Origin: an uncultured archaeon | Lineage (GTDB): Archaea; Thermoplasmatota; Poseidoniia; MGIII; CG-Epi1 | Direction: 5' to 3' | Length of the DNA: 35,114 nucleotides | Assembly: GCA_964342795.1 (NCBI GenBank) | Contig: CAYFGG010000001.1 | Coordinates: 1-35,114, forward strand | In this document: in pieces, positions 10,501-19,449 of the stretch | Position numbering within the stretch: the stretch's first letter is position 1 | Layout of the letters: every line of letters starts with the position of its first letter | The notes under the pieces: generated by a model | Told to the model about the DNA's origin: nothing | Seen by the model: the letters and a program-made list of their open reading frames with translations, nothing else | The model's database searches: none | Translations under genes and position numbers: made by a program

Positions 10501-11227
10501 AAAAGTTACTGCCAGTTCCCGAACCAAACTTGAAAAGACGAGCCTCTCGAGTCCAGAGGTCCATTATCCCTCCCTGATTAACTAAATCATCCGATACAGA
10601 TTGAATAAAACAAGCATGAGGTTGGGGATGCTCATAGGCATTAGTTGACTTCTCTAATTCACCATTCTCAGGATTTACAAAATAGTGACCCTGTGGTGGA
10701 CCTTCGATACCATATGCCCAGTTCAAACCTGTATTGAACCACTGCGGAGAATTAGGAGAAACCATTTGGAAAGCAAGCATAAAGCACATTTCATCATAGT
10801 ATGAACGCGCATCCTTCTCACTTGCAAAATAGCCATGCTTCCAGCCCCAATAAGTCCAAGTACCTGCTAAACGTCTGAATGTTTGTTTCCCATCAACCTC
10901 CTCACCTGTTCTTTCTGATTCTGATAAAGATTCTAGTGCCTTAGTATCTGGAACGCTCTTCTGAAGCCAAGAAGGAACATCGGATTCTTTAACTTTTCTC
11001 AACTTTTTTGGTACGCCTGCTTTACGTAGGTACTTCTGAGCCAGAACATTAGCTGCTACTTGACTATAGTTATCTGGAAGATTGACATCTTCCATTGAAA
11101 AGGCCACAGTTCCATCAAAATTTCTAATCTCTACATCACGCTTCTTCCAATTTAGCTTCTTGAAGGGATCACTACCTGCATCTGTAAATTTGCGTCCTAT
11201 TTTAAGTCCGTTTACTTTGGCAGGCAA
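7538..11227 (-). CDS. nrdJ: adenosylcobalamin-dependent ribonucleotide reductase, class II
   Basis: 1229 aa with the active-site blocks [21 protein letters not shown] and SKTINMP, and a C-terminal zinc ribbon CPECG...CLKCVSCG. An in-frame TGA (11230-11228) lies directly upstream of TTG 11227, and the conserved N-terminal block GLKIGRKFT follows at once, so a TTG start is implied. Confidence 0.93.
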   Translation of the reverse strand: MPAKVNGLKIGRKFTDAGSDPFKKLNWKKRDVEIRNFDGTVAFSMEDVNLPDNYSQVAANVLAQKYLRKAGVPKKLRKVKESDVPSWLQKSVPDTKALESLSESERTGEEVDGKQTFRRLAGTWTYWGWKHGYFASEKDARSYYDEMCFMLAFQMVSPNSPQWFNTGLNWAYGIEGPPQGHYFVNPENGELEKSTNAYEHPQPHACFIQSVSDDLVNQGGIMDLWTREARLFKFGSGTGSNFSSIRGEGEPLSGGGMSSGLMSFLRIGDRAAGAIKSGGTTRRAAKMVSLDMDHPDIENFINWKLTEEEKVAALVAGSQHLQNHGNEILAAIQAHPEEETRFNQSVNKPLAKSISMAMKAYIPENLIARVLELGEQGFTHIEMDTYDTSWEGDAYATVSGQNSNNSVRVSNDFMEAVIGDKDWNLYWRTELEDAEKEGRPPSPCKTIPSNELWDSIARAAWSCADPGLQYDTTINEWHTCSPDGKINGSNPCSEYMFLDDTACNLASLNLVKFYDQDTSQFQTEEYSHAIRLWTIALEISVLMAQFPSEEIARRSYDYRTLGLGYANIGSLLMRMGIPYDDNRASAICGALTSVLGGVSYKTSAEMAAVKGPFPRYEHNKENMLRVMRNHRRAAYNSADDEYEGLTVKPRGIDSNYCPEYLLTAAKDCWDQAVEMGENVGFRNAQSTVIAPTGTIGIVMDCDTTGIEPDFALVKFKTLAGGGMLRIINQSVPPALKRLGYDDTQTDQIVKYVIGSGTFDGSPEVNRESLQKKGLTPDIIDSLESQIDSFTSLNLLVTPSSVGPDFCKSNLRVEDSDLDDWEFDLLSHLGYTSEQLTQANDYIFGRLTIEGAPHIKEKDLAVFDCANKCGQYGTRSISWNAHINMMAAAQPFISGAISKTINMPHESTIDDIKQAYMDSWRAMIKANALYRDGSKLSQPLMSGTVLKVDIQEDELLAEGIVSAEQAVEAMADALPTPDAKPLAQKVVTRYIAQRRRLPNKRGGYIQKAKIGGHNVYLHTGEYQDGTLGEIFIDMHKEGAAFKALTNAFAIAVSLGLQHGVPLTEFVDAFIFNRFEPNGPVIGNDRIKMSTSIIDYIFRDLAVNYLKRDDLAHVMPEDLQPDIVRSEGETETEQNLNSGLSPAGNASDGHEIQLTLDDMDSVKADIDTAQTSISELSVAAVPTISGDETAVKEAGKFGFEGDPCPECGQFTLVSNGSCLKCVSCGSTTGCS

Positions 11228-11231
11228 TCAG

Positions 11232-11249
11232 GCCACCCCCAAGGGTGGC
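11232..11249 (-). promoter_or_regulatory. GC-rich hairpin that sequesters the SD-like sequence just upstream of the nrdJ TTG start
   Basis: The mRNA sense reads GCCACCC-UUGG-GGGUGGC-C-UGA-UUG: a 7-bp perfect stem (6 G:C) with a 4-nt loop. The 3' arm GGGUGG resembles the SD (GGAGGUGA) and ends 4 nt before the start codon. Confidence 0.35.
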
Positions 11250-11336
11250 GAAAACAGGGCAAATGATAAAAATATTTGGTTTAATTTCACGGTTTCCCGC
11301 TATTAAGGTACTATATAATAAGCATTACATAGTGTC

Positions 11337-11405
11337 AAAAAAAAACCTTTTTTACTATTTTTAGGGGTACTACCACCTCAAAAAAGTCAAAAAAATGGTA
11401 GAACC
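11337..11405 (-). terminator. putative nadE terminator region: inverted repeat plus oligo-T tracts (minus-strand sense)
   Basis: The inverted repeat GGTACTACCA (11366-11375) / TGGTAGAACC (11396-11405) pairs at 9 of 10 positions. In the minus sense its loop contains T7 and T6 runs, and a T9 run (11337-11345) follows. Oligo-T tracts are the usual archaeal termination signal. Confidence 0.35.
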
Positions 11406-11497
11406 TATCAAAAATGGAGTGTTGGTTCCACTGTATTAAACAATAAAGTAGGGTAAGATATTGATTCGCTAAATCACGTAATAAACTGATTTTAGAT

Positions 11498-12307
11498 TTA
11501 ATTGCTACCTATGGTCTCTCTCCAATCCAAACCAACAGTCCTTCTACCTATTTTACATACGGGTGGGAAGACACGTTTATGAATAGAAAGTTTAATCAGA
11601 TTATCTATTCTCTTTATGGTCTCTAAATCTATGCCAGTTTTAGACGATACGCTTTTAAAAGAGAATTGGCGCTCAAGACCCAATAATATTTGGTCTAATG
11701 TGGAATAATCTATTCCTAGTTCATCTTCATCGGTTTGGCCCTCCCATAGCTCTGCAGTAGGCTTTCTTTCAATTATCTTCTTAGGTACTCCTAAAGCTTC
11801 AGCCATAAGGTACACTTGTGACTTGTAAAGATCACCTATAGGGAGTAAATCAGAAGCTCCATCTCCCCATTTAGTATAGTAACCCACTAGAAGTTCTGAC
11901 TTATTCGATGTACCCATTACTAAAGACTTTGAATTAAATGCTTCACCATATAGAAATGTCATCCTTATTCGTGAATGTAGATTGCCTTCTGAGGCTTGTG
12001 ATGAAAAAGAATCTGTTGAGTCTCTGAAAATCTTTACCGCTTTTGAAATATCAATCTTTTTGGTCCGGATTTTCAACGATTCTGCGTGATCAAACGCAAG
12101 ACTGACTGATTCTGTCTGAACAAAAGGAAGAATCAAACCCGTAACCTTCTCATTACCCAAAGCAGAGACTGCTAAGGAAAGAGTTGTAGCTGAGTCTATT
12201 CCGCCTGACAAACCTATTACAACTCCATCAGCATCAGCTTCTCCTACACGAGTTTGAATGAATTTTTCAATAATCTTCTGGGTATCTGGAAGAAGTTTCA
12301 CGTCCAC
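11498..12307 (-). CDS. nadE: NAD+ synthetase (PP-loop ATP pyrophosphatase, single-domain NH3-type architecture)
   Basis: 269 aa with the PP-loop GLSGGIDS and typical NadE length. GTG start at 12307. Confidence 0.92.
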   Translation of the reverse strand: MDVKLLPDTQKIIEKFIQTRVGEADADGVVIGLSGGIDSATTLSLAVSALGNEKVTGLILPFVQTESVSLAFDHAESLKIRTKKIDISKAVKIFRDSTDSFSSQASEGNLHSRIRMTFLYGEAFNSKSLVMGTSNKSELLVGYYTKWGDGASDLLPIGDLYKSQVYLMAEALGVPKKIIERKPTAELWEGQTDEDELGIDYSTLDQILLGLERQFSFKSVSSKTGIDLETIKRIDNLIKLSIHKRVFPPVCKIGRRTVGLDWRETIGSN

Positions 12308-12354
12308 TTCAGCAAGTAGGTCTTATTGAAATTTAGTAGTAACATCTATTATTA

Positions 12355-13164
12355 ATGGGCCTAAATGGCCACATTATGCATTTGGCAATGGGTCAGGTCC
12401 CTGTCGTTCTTGGAGATATCGAAAAAAATCTGGAGAAAATGGAAGAACTTATACAAGAAGCTCAAAGAAAAACTAAGGGGAAAATAGATCTTATCGCTTT
12501 CCCAGAATTATTCATAACTGGATACAATCTACGAGACAACTACAATGAGGTTGCTGAAAAAATACCTAGCGAAGGGAAAGGGCAATCTGGAATGTGTAAA
12601 CTTGCAAAAGAATATGATATACATATAACGACTGGGATTGTTGAAAAAGCTGGTAAATCATTATTCAATTCAGCAATTCTGGTTGGACCTAATGGATACA
12701 TTGGTCACTATCGCAAACAATACCTGCCTAATTTTGGTCCATTCGAAGAAAAATTATTCTTTGGCGAGGGAAACCAAACCCCCGTTTTTGACACACCTTT
12801 TGGAAAAATAGGAATACAAATCTGTTATGATATATTCTTCCCAAACACGTCAATGGGATTAGCGCACAATGGTGCTGACCTTATACTCAATCTATCCGCA
12901 AGTCCAACTACTTCGAGACCTCTTTTCCATAGGGTACTGCCTGCAAGGGCAATAGAGACAACTTGTTTCTACTGTTATGTGAACAATGTCGGTACACAAG
13001 GTAGTCTGACTTTTGCAGGAGAATCCGCCATCATTGATCCTAGGGGGAAAACTATCGCAGAGATACCTGCATTTGATGAAGGTGTTGTCGTTTGCAAGGT
13101 CCCACTTGATGAGATTGCCTCTTACAGAGATGCAAGGCCTGTTCTTCGAGATTCAAAAAAGTAA
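12355..13164 (+). CDS. carbon-nitrogen hydrolase (nitrilase superfamily)
   Basis: 269 aa. The Glu-Lys-Cys triad is visible in its usual contexts: FPELFITGY, YRKQYLP and IQICYDIFFP. Confidence 0.85.
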   Translation: MGLNGHIMHLAMGQVPVVLGDIEKNLEKMEELIQEAQRKTKGKIDLIAFPELFITGYNLRDNYNEVAEKIPSEGKGQSGMCKLAKEYDIHITTGIVEKAGKSLFNSAILVGPNGYIGHYRKQYLPNFGPFEEKLFFGEGNQTPVFDTPFGKIGIQICYDIFFPNTSMGLAHNGADLILNLSASPTTSRPLFHRVLPARAIETTCFYCYVNNVGTQGSLTFAGESAIIDPRGKTIAEIPAFDEGVVVCKVPLDEIASYRDARPVLRDSKK

Positions 13165-13197
13165 GGGCTTATTATCAAGGCTCAATCGGACCCTCCC

Positions 13198-14457
13198 ATG
13201 TTTGATGTAGCTGTGGTTGGACAAGGACCTGCCGGCGGGATGGCAGCTTTGCGATTATCCGAAGCTGGACATTCAGTGGTTGCATTTGATCGTAAGAAAC
13301 GTGTGGGAGATCCTATCCACTGCGGTGAAGGGTTAGGAAAAATAGCTCTTGAACACACTAATTATCCTGTTGGAGACTGGGCAATAAGAGAAGTTAAAGG
13401 TAATAGAATAAGAATGCCGAACGGAAAATCGGTTGGATTAATGTCCCCTGGTTATTCAATACACCGCTGGGGCCTAGACAGCAAGATCTCAGACGATGCC
13501 GTTGCTGCAGGTACTGAAAGGTACGAGGGGGTGAAAATAACAAAAGTCACCAAAGAATATGGGCTCTGGAATTTATTCTCAAAAGATGAAAAAGTTGCTC
13601 AAGCAAAACAACTTGTGATTGCAGAAGGAAGAGTTCCAAGTATAGTCACACAGGTCGGTCTGAAAGGTAACGACAAATTGAGACTCTTACCGGGACTTCA
13701 GTACAAATTCAGGACCGAAGACGTTGATTTTCCCGATACTGAGTATTTTGATTTCTACATAGATCCTATGTATGCAAACGGTTACATCTGGGTATTTCCC
13801 AGAGACGACATATTCAATGTAGGGATTGTGGCCACTAATGGTGCCAAAGAAGGATTGGAATATTTCTGTAAAGAACATATGAGTGTTGATCCTGAGAAAA
13901 GAATACTAAATGATCTAGGGGACAAACAAAATGGGGGACTTATCCCAAGAGATGGACCAATACCTCAATTCTCTACAAAAGACGCTTACGTTGTAGGAGA
14001 CTCTGCTGGTCTCACAAATCCAATAACTAAAGGTGGAGTCCATGTTGGAATGCTATCTGGAGAATATGCAGCAATTGCAATACGTAACGAGTTAGGAAGT
14101 GGAAAATTAGTTCCACCTTCACACGCAGTAGATTGTCATGAATTGAGGGGCCTATACTGGGAAAAAGCAGAAATGGCTCTGCACCCAGAACTAGAATCAC
14201 ATATCTGGTACGATAGAATTCTAAAAAGACAGCCATGGACTAAACAAAAATTTGTCAATCAATCCAAGCTAATCTATTCACTGGACAAAAGAGTCTTAAA
14301 TTTGATAGGTGAAATATATGATGGAAGAAACTATTCAGAGCTGCCTTGGTTCAAAATGTTTGGAGTTTTACTAAGGAACCCAGATTTGGTTCCACTAGCA
14401 GGTAAATTATTGAAGATTAAAGCTAGCCTCAAAGTTACTGAAACCTACGGTTGGTAG
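13198..14457 (+). CDS. geranylgeranyl reductase family FAD-dependent oxidoreductase (archaeal lipid saturation type)
   Basis: 419 aa with the FAD motif VVGQGPAGG...AFDRK and the GDSAGLTNPITKGGVH motif typical of GGR. Confidence 0.85.
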   Translation: MFDVAVVGQGPAGGMAALRLSEAGHSVVAFDRKKRVGDPIHCGEGLGKIALEHTNYPVGDWAIREVKGNRIRMPNGKSVGLMSPGYSIHRWGLDSKISDDAVAAGTERYEGVKITKVTKEYGLWNLFSKDEKVAQAKQLVIAEGRVPSIVTQVGLKGNDKLRLLPGLQYKFRTEDVDFPDTEYFDFYIDPMYANGYIWVFPRDDIFNVGIVATNGAKEGLEYFCKEHMSVDPEKRILNDLGDKQNGGLIPRDGPIPQFSTKDAYVVGDSAGLTNPITKGGVHVGMLSGEYAAIAIRNELGSGKLVPPSHAVDCHELRGLYWEKAEMALHPELESHIWYDRILKRQPWTKQKFVNQSKLIYSLDKRVLNLIGEIYDGRNYSELPWFKMFGVLLRNPDLVPLAGKLLKIKASLKVTETYGW

Positions 14458-14483
14458 TAAATTTACAAAATGCTTCCGAATCA

Positions 14484-16133
14484 ATGCATGGGAAAAAGAA
14501 AATTAAGCGTTCTCAAAGGTCTAGGAAAGTTTATGATGGTTCGCCCAATAATGAATTAATGAAAATCAGTGTGCAGACTATAGCTATCTGCCTTATCTTA
14601 TGTGTGAGTAGCCTTTCAGGTTGTGTTGAGGACAACCGCGTGGATTTGCCTACTGATGAAGAAACTCCGCTTCCCAGTACTGTCTTTGTTACAGGACCAG
14701 ATGGAATAGGAATAGATGAAGAACCTCTTCCCATGGATTTTGTATTCAGTAATGTGGGTGAACAAGGTGCTGAACCCAGTATAGGCGTTACCTCAAGCGG
14801 TTGTATATTTTTCATAGCGTTTGAGAAGCCAATGCGCTCATGCGATTACGGTGAAACATGGGTAGATACAAGCGACATAACACAGGCATTCTTCACTAAC
14901 GATCCATATGGTTGGGTTGATCCAATAACAGATCGTGTGTTCAATATACACATGATGGGTTTGTGGACTACTTGGATTGGATGGTCTGATGACGATGGTG
15001 AAAGCTGGGCAGCCAATCCCCATGATTCGGGATCTGTGCCAATTAACGACCATATAAAACTCGGTTCAGGCCCATGGACTGATGAAGGATATGGAGTAGG
15101 TAGTGCTGTATCCTCTAATATTTATGAGACTGCAGTCTATTTCTGTTTCAACAAACTATTGTATATTTCATGTTATACTAGCTACGATGGTGGAGCATCA
15201 TTTGAGGCTGGAGGAGAAATTGTTGGTTTAGCCACAACTAATGGAGGATTACATGGGGCAATTACAAGTGCACCAGATGGTACGGTTTATCTACCTCCGA
15301 GAGTTTCAACTCCAGCAATTATTTTCTCCAAAGATAATGGTCTAAATTGGGAAGAACGCACTATGGGGGAGGATGTAGGAACGCCAAATCCTCGTAAAAA
15401 TGGTGAAGTTGCCACAGATAGTGAATCGAATGCATACAACATCTGGGTAGGCAATGATCAGGGAGTTTACATGTCACGAAGTACAGATTCAGGAAACACG
15501 TGGGATCAGACAAGTATGAGAATAAGTCCCATAGAAGTAATCTCAGCAACATTCCCTCATACTTCTGCAGGAGATCCTGGAAGAATAGCAATCACATATC
15601 TTGGAAGCGAGAATGCAAGTTCATTGGGTCAGCCTAATATTGATGGAGAACCATGGGACGGTAACTCGCACTATGCTCCTGCAAACGTTAGTCATTACCT
15701 CTATGTCACCTATAGTTTGAATGCATTGGACCCTGTGCCAACTTTCCATACACAAAGAATCTCACCAGATCCTGTACAAGTTGGAAGCATATGCTTGAAC
15801 AGTGGTGACTGCCGAGACATAGGTGGTTCAAACCGTAACCTTTTGGATTTCAATGATTTACATATTGACCTAGAGGGGAGAGTGTACATTGCCTTCGCAG
15901 ATGGATGTACGGGAACTTGTGCAAGCGGAAATGATACTACTCCTGAGAATTCAAGGGACCGATTGGGATCTGTTTATTACTTAGGAAATGGGCCTAGCCT
16001 CTATGAATCTGTAGGTGAATTGACAAAATTCAACGTTGTACCTGAAGACCAAGAAGAAACCAGCGCGATGTATCTACTACCTATTGCAGCAATGATTGTG
16101 GCGTCAAACCCGTCCAGAAACAAAAAGAAATAG
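14484..16133 (+). CDS. BNR/Asp-box repeat (sialidase-fold) putative lipoprotein with a C-terminal hydrophobic anchor
   Basis: Five Asp-boxes are present: SCDYGETW, SDDDGESW, SYDGGASF, SKDNGLNW and STDSGNTW. A lipobox LSGC follows MKISVQTIAICLILCVSS. The C-terminus is LLPIAAMIVASNPSRNKKK. The ORF track starts at TTG 14451; ATG 14484 or ATG 14559 (MKISVQ...) are more plausible starts. Confidence 0.8.
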   Translation: MHGKKKIKRSQRSRKVYDGSPNNELMKISVQTIAICLILCVSSLSGCVEDNRVDLPTDEETPLPSTVFVTGPDGIGIDEEPLPMDFVFSNVGEQGAEPSIGVTSSGCIFFIAFEKPMRSCDYGETWVDTSDITQAFFTNDPYGWVDPITDRVFNIHMMGLWTTWIGWSDDDGESWAANPHDSGSVPINDHIKLGSGPWTDEGYGVGSAVSSNIYETAVYFCFNKLLYISCYTSYDGGASFEAGGEIVGLATTNGGLHGAITSAPDGTVYLPPRVSTPAIIFSKDNGLNWEERTMGEDVGTPNPRKNGEVATDSESNAYNIWVGNDQGVYMSRSTDSGNTWDQTSMRISPIEVISATFPHTSAGDPGRIAITYLGSENASSLGQPNIDGEPWDGNSHYAPANVSHYLYVTYSLNALDPVPTFHTQRISPDPVQVGSICLNSGDCRDIGGSNRNLLDFNDLHIDLEGRVYIAFADGCTGTCASGNDTTPENSRDRLGSVYYLGNGPSLYESVGELTKFNVVPEDQEETSAMYLLPIAAMIVASNPSRNKKK

Positions 16134-16135
16134 CT

Positions 16136-16783
16136 TTATTTTTTTGTAAGAAAAACCGTGGTCTGGTCTGGATCATACTTCCCATTGCCAAAGACTTCCA
16201 ACTCTGAGAACTCTTCCACATCAAGGGATTGATTGGTATTACATATATCCTCATAGAAACCTCGAGGAACTGGGTAAGTTTGGAATTTATAGGAAGAATC
16301 TGTGTAAATATTTGCGCCAATCCAAAGAACGCCCCCTGTATTCAGAATATTGCTAATTTTGTCAATCATTTTTCTTTGCTGATCTACTGTAAAACAACCT
16401 ATAACTCCATACAAAATTACTAAGTCAAATTTAGTTTGCGTCTCATCTAAATATTTTATGATATCTTGGCGAGAAAAATGACCATTAACCATCTTTTTAC
16501 GGCACTGATAAAGATTCAAACGACTTAGATCCACACCATGAGGTATGATTCCTTTTTCCTTAGAAAGATAAGAGAGCATCGCTCCTGTTCCACACCCTAA
16601 ATCCAGAACATTACTGCCCTGCAAATCAAGTGAAAGACGAGATAGCGTAGTCTCCACCATCTTCTCTAAGTCTTGTGTATTAAGCTTCAACCAGACTGCT
16701 CCATTACCAGTTATCATATTCCTAATGGAATAAATGTTCATCAAAAAACGAATATGAAAGAAATTCTTAATCTGGGTGTACAT
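16136..16783 (-). CDS. class I SAM-dependent methyltransferase
   Basis: 215 aa with motif I VLDLGCGTGA and the post-I acidic residue (GVDLS). The substrate cannot be inferred. Confidence 0.8.
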   Translation of the reverse strand: MYTQIKNFFHIRFLMNIYSIRNMITGNGAVWLKLNTQDLEKMVETTLSRLSLDLQGSNVLDLGCGTGAMLSYLSKEKGIIPHGVDLSRLNLYQCRKKMVNGHFSRQDIIKYLDETQTKFDLVILYGVIGCFTVDQQRKMIDKISNILNTGGVLWIGANIYTDSSYKFQTYPVPRGFYEDICNTNQSLDVEEFSELEVFGNGKYDPDQTTVFLTKK

Positions 16784-17634
16784 TACAATTCGAACTCCAT
16801 GCCTTCAACTCCAACCTCCCATCCCATGTCATAGACTTGCTGGTATTGCTCTGAATCAGGATAATGAAGGGGATTTGTGTGGTTAAGATGTATAAAAATT
16901 ACTCTTGGATCTTCTTCTTTTCTTTTCCCCAATAAGTTCAACGTTTCTGAAACTGTGGGATGCGGTACATTGGTCTGTATTCTAGACTTCAGTTCATCAT
17001 CGCTCCAAAAAGTACCATCTAATAGAACGATATCTACATCCATTGACTTGAACCAAGACCTCGGATTATCATGGCCAACTGAAGTCAAAGTCTCCTTCCA
17101 AGTATCATGATCTGGTAAGAAAAGAATATTGTTATTATATCCCTTGAACAACAACGCATGTGTATCAAAATCATCTGCCCTATGAGGTACTTTTATGGGA
17201 AGAACAACCTCAGAGGAATATTTCTCAGCAGAAAAATTTCCTCTATCAAATAGCTTTTTCCAAATCGGGTGTGCAATGACATAATCTAAGACTGAATCTG
17301 AACAATGAAGTCTAACATCCTTTAGATTAATAGATTCACGTCCAAATTGCCCTAGTCCCTCGACATGACCCAAGTGGGCATGTGTCAGCCATAAATCTTT
17401 GATTACTGGATTTCCAACCATAGCCAATTGATCTGAAACACATCTAGTTGCCTCTACCATGCCAAAACTATCTCCATGCAATCCAAGCGCAACAGGTCTT
17501 CGGACTAGAGCTGAATCTTCTCTGGAGTCATTACAGCAAGAATTGGTGCAACCAAATTGAGGGCGACCTGCATCCTGTGCGTTTCCCAGAAGTGTTATCC
17601 GGTTGTACATTTTTGGAGCTCTTTTCTCAGCCAC
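16783..17634 (-). CDS. PqqB-like metallo-beta-lactamase-fold protein
   Basis: 283 aa. The N-terminus ITLLGNAQDAGRPQFGCTNSCC resembles PqqB (LGSAAGGGxPQWNCxC). It has the MBL metal motif THAHLGHVEGLG and a C-terminal HLNHTNP. The likely true start is Met9 (17610). Confidence 0.75.
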   Translation of the reverse strand: MAEKRAPKMYNRITLLGNAQDAGRPQFGCTNSCCNDSREDSALVRRPVALGLHGDSFGMVEATRCVSDQLAMVGNPVIKDLWLTHAHLGHVEGLGQFGRESINLKDVRLHCSDSVLDYVIAHPIWKKLFDRGNFSAEKYSSEVVLPIKVPHRADDFDTHALLFKGYNNNILFLPDHDTWKETLTSVGHDNPRSWFKSMDVDIVLLDGTFWSDDELKSRIQTNVPHPTVSETLNLLGKRKEEDPRVIFIHLNHTNPLHYPDSEQYQQVYDMGWEVGVEGMEFEL

Positions 17635-18254
17635 TCACGAGGAAGAGCGCGCCCCAGACCTTCATCGGTACGCTCTGGATGCCACTGAACAGCAAACCAA
17701 GGCAGAGTTTTGTGTTTTACGGCCTCTATCATTCCATCCGGACTTTTAGATAAAATTTCCAAATCTTTGCCTAATTCCCTTACACCTTGATGGTGATGGC
17801 TTGTAACTTCAAAATCAGATCCTTCCATTTCGACCCAGTGCCCAATATCTCCTACAGGAGGTTCTCCTCCTTCTCCATCACGATGAATGCCACCATCAAA
17901 GCCACCTTGTCCAACATCTGGCCATAAAGTACCACCCAAAAAGACGTTCATGACCTGCATACCTCTGCATATTCCCAGAACTGGCATCTTGCGCTCGAAA
18001 GCCCTCTCAAGAAGTTGTCTTTCCAGTTCGTCTCTATCATCATTAACTCCTCCAATCGGCAAGTCATCAGTTTGGCCTCCATATGCTCCACTTTTGATTC
18101 CCATATCGCCCCCTCCAGACAAAACCAATACATCATAATTCTCTAAATCCTCAGGTGATGTAATTCTCTGCGGAGTTCCATCGGCTTCTGAGATAAATTT
18201 GGCATAACGTTCAAAATATTTATCAGATGTCAAAGTCAAAGCAGTTGATTTCAT
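17595..18254 (-). CDS. class I glutamine amidotransferase, peptidase C26 / gamma-glutamyl hydrolase (PuuD-like) family
   Basis: 219 aa with the nucleophile elbow GICRGMQ and the His/Glu region VQWHPE. Its 3' end overlaps the PqqB-like ORF. Confidence 0.85.
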   Translation of the reverse strand: MKSTALTLTSDKYFERYAKFISEADGTPQRITSPEDLENYDVLVLSGGGDMGIKSGAYGGQTDDLPIGGVNDDRDELERQLLERAFERKMPVLGICRGMQVMNVFLGGTLWPDVGQGGFDGGIHRDGEGGEPPVGDIGHWVEMEGSDFEVTSHHHQGVRELGKDLEILSKSPDGMIEAVKHKTLPWFAVQWHPERTDEGLGRALPREWLRKELQKCTTG

Positions 18255-18306
18255 TCTGTTCAGACAAAATAAGCCATGCTACTTTAGCCTCACGCTAAGG
18301 TGATAA

Positions 18307-19449
18307 ATGCAACCATTCATAACCTGCCTATCAAAGATGGAAAAATGGACCAACTTATCGTATGCAAACGTAGCTACTACATCACCTAAGGCCCACCTAA
18401 TCGCTTCTGAATGGGCTGATTCTTTAGCACGGGGAGGAGCGGCCGAATTCGATGCAGATGCTGAAAAAGAGGGAATGATGCCTCTTAGAAAGGCAACTGC
18501 CAATCTTTTGGGATGTCCTTTTTCTGACATATGTGTTAGCTCTAGTGCAACTGAAATACTAAGTTCATTGGCATGGGCTGTAGCACCAAAAAATGGAAAT
18601 ATTGTATCCACAAGAGCGTCTTTTCCATCTACAGTATATCCTTGGCAACGGGTAGCTGATGAATTTGATTCGGAAATAAGATTAGCACCACATGATGAGA
18701 ATTATTACACAAAACCTAGTGATATTCTGGATTTAATCGATAAAGACACAAAAGTAGTAGCTCTCTCGCATGTTGAATATGCCTGTGGTCAGCGCTATGA
18801 TCTAACTGTATTTGCTAAAGCTGCACATGATGTTGGAGCGCTATTCATAGTAGATGCAACACAGTCTATGGGAATGGTTCCAATAAATGCTAAAGAATCG
18901 GGGGCTGATGCAATAGTGGCATCAGGGTATAAGTGGCTCAGAGGAACTTACGGTGCCGCTGTTGGTTATATTTCCCCAACAATTCAGTCACTTTATCCGG
19001 GAATAATCGGCTTTAGAAGTCACAAAGATATTTGGAACATGAAAGCCGAACGCTTAGAATTTCCTGATGATGCCAGTCGCTTTGAATTTACCACTATTCA
19101 TTTTGGTGCCGCTTTAGGACTTGCAGCAGCAATCGATGAGATAACCGAGATCGGAATTCAAGAAGTTTGGAAGCATGATATAGAATTGACAAATTTATTG
19201 ATTGAAGGTGTTTTGGAAAAGAGACTCGAAGTAGCTTCACCCACTAGTGACAAAGAACGCAGTGCAATAGTGAGCATCAAGATGCCCACTGGATTTGATA
19301 CTGCTGAAGTCGTGAAACAATTGCAGGATGAATATGGAATTCTGGTGACTAATCGTTCTGGTTTTCTTCGTGTATCGCCACACATAGATAACACAACCAA
19401 ACAAATTACTTTTTTCCTTGAATCTCTGGGTGAGATTCTAAATATTTAG
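18307..19449 (+). CDS. class V PLP-dependent aminotransferase-fold enzyme (cysteine desulfurase / C-S lyase-like)
   Basis: 380 aa with the PLP-lysine context ASGYKWLRGTYGAAVGY and DATQS upstream. A strong SD, AAGGTGAT (18297-18304), precedes ATG 18307. Confidence 0.85.
   Translation: MQPFITCLSKMEKWTNLSYANVATTSPKAHLIASEWADSLARGGAAEFDADAEKEGMMPLRKATANLLGCPFSDICVSSSATEILSSLAWAVAPKNGNIVSTRASFPSTVYPWQRVADEFDSEIRLAPHDENYYTKPSDILDLIDKDTKVVALSHVEYACGQRYDLTVFAKAAHDVGALFIVDATQSMGMVPINAKESGADAIVASGYKWLRGTYGAAVGYISPTIQSLYPGIIGFRSHKDIWNMKAERLEFPDDASRFEFTTIHFGAALGLAAAIDEITEIGIQEVWKHDIELTNLLIEGVLEKRLEVASPTSDKERSAIVSIKMPTGFDTAEVVKQLQDEYGILVTNRSGFLRVSPHIDNTTKQITFFLESLGEILNI

Noticed and set aside
7538-11227. 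Possible intein in the long (1229-aa) class II RNR
   Set aside because: The conserved RNR blocks (the NPCSEY...[15 protein letters not shown] and [12 protein letters not shown] regions) are contiguous. I see no Cys/Ser-start ... His-Asn-Cys/Ser/Thr splice-junction pair or homing-endonuclease motifs. The extra length is explained by the N-terminal extension and a low-complexity linker before the C-terminal zinc ribbon.
11263-11364. Small plus-strand ORF (33 aa) in the nadE-nrdJ spacer
   Set aside because: It is short and lysine/phenylalanine-rich purely because of the A/T tracts. It has no start context and overlaps the putative terminator.
11228-11497. Cobalamin riboswitch upstream of the B12-dependent nrdJ
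   Set aside because: The spacer is AT-rich and lacks the GC-rich multi-stem core and B12 box. The only CCACTG-like string is on the wrong strand. Only a single short hairpin adjacent to the start codon is present.
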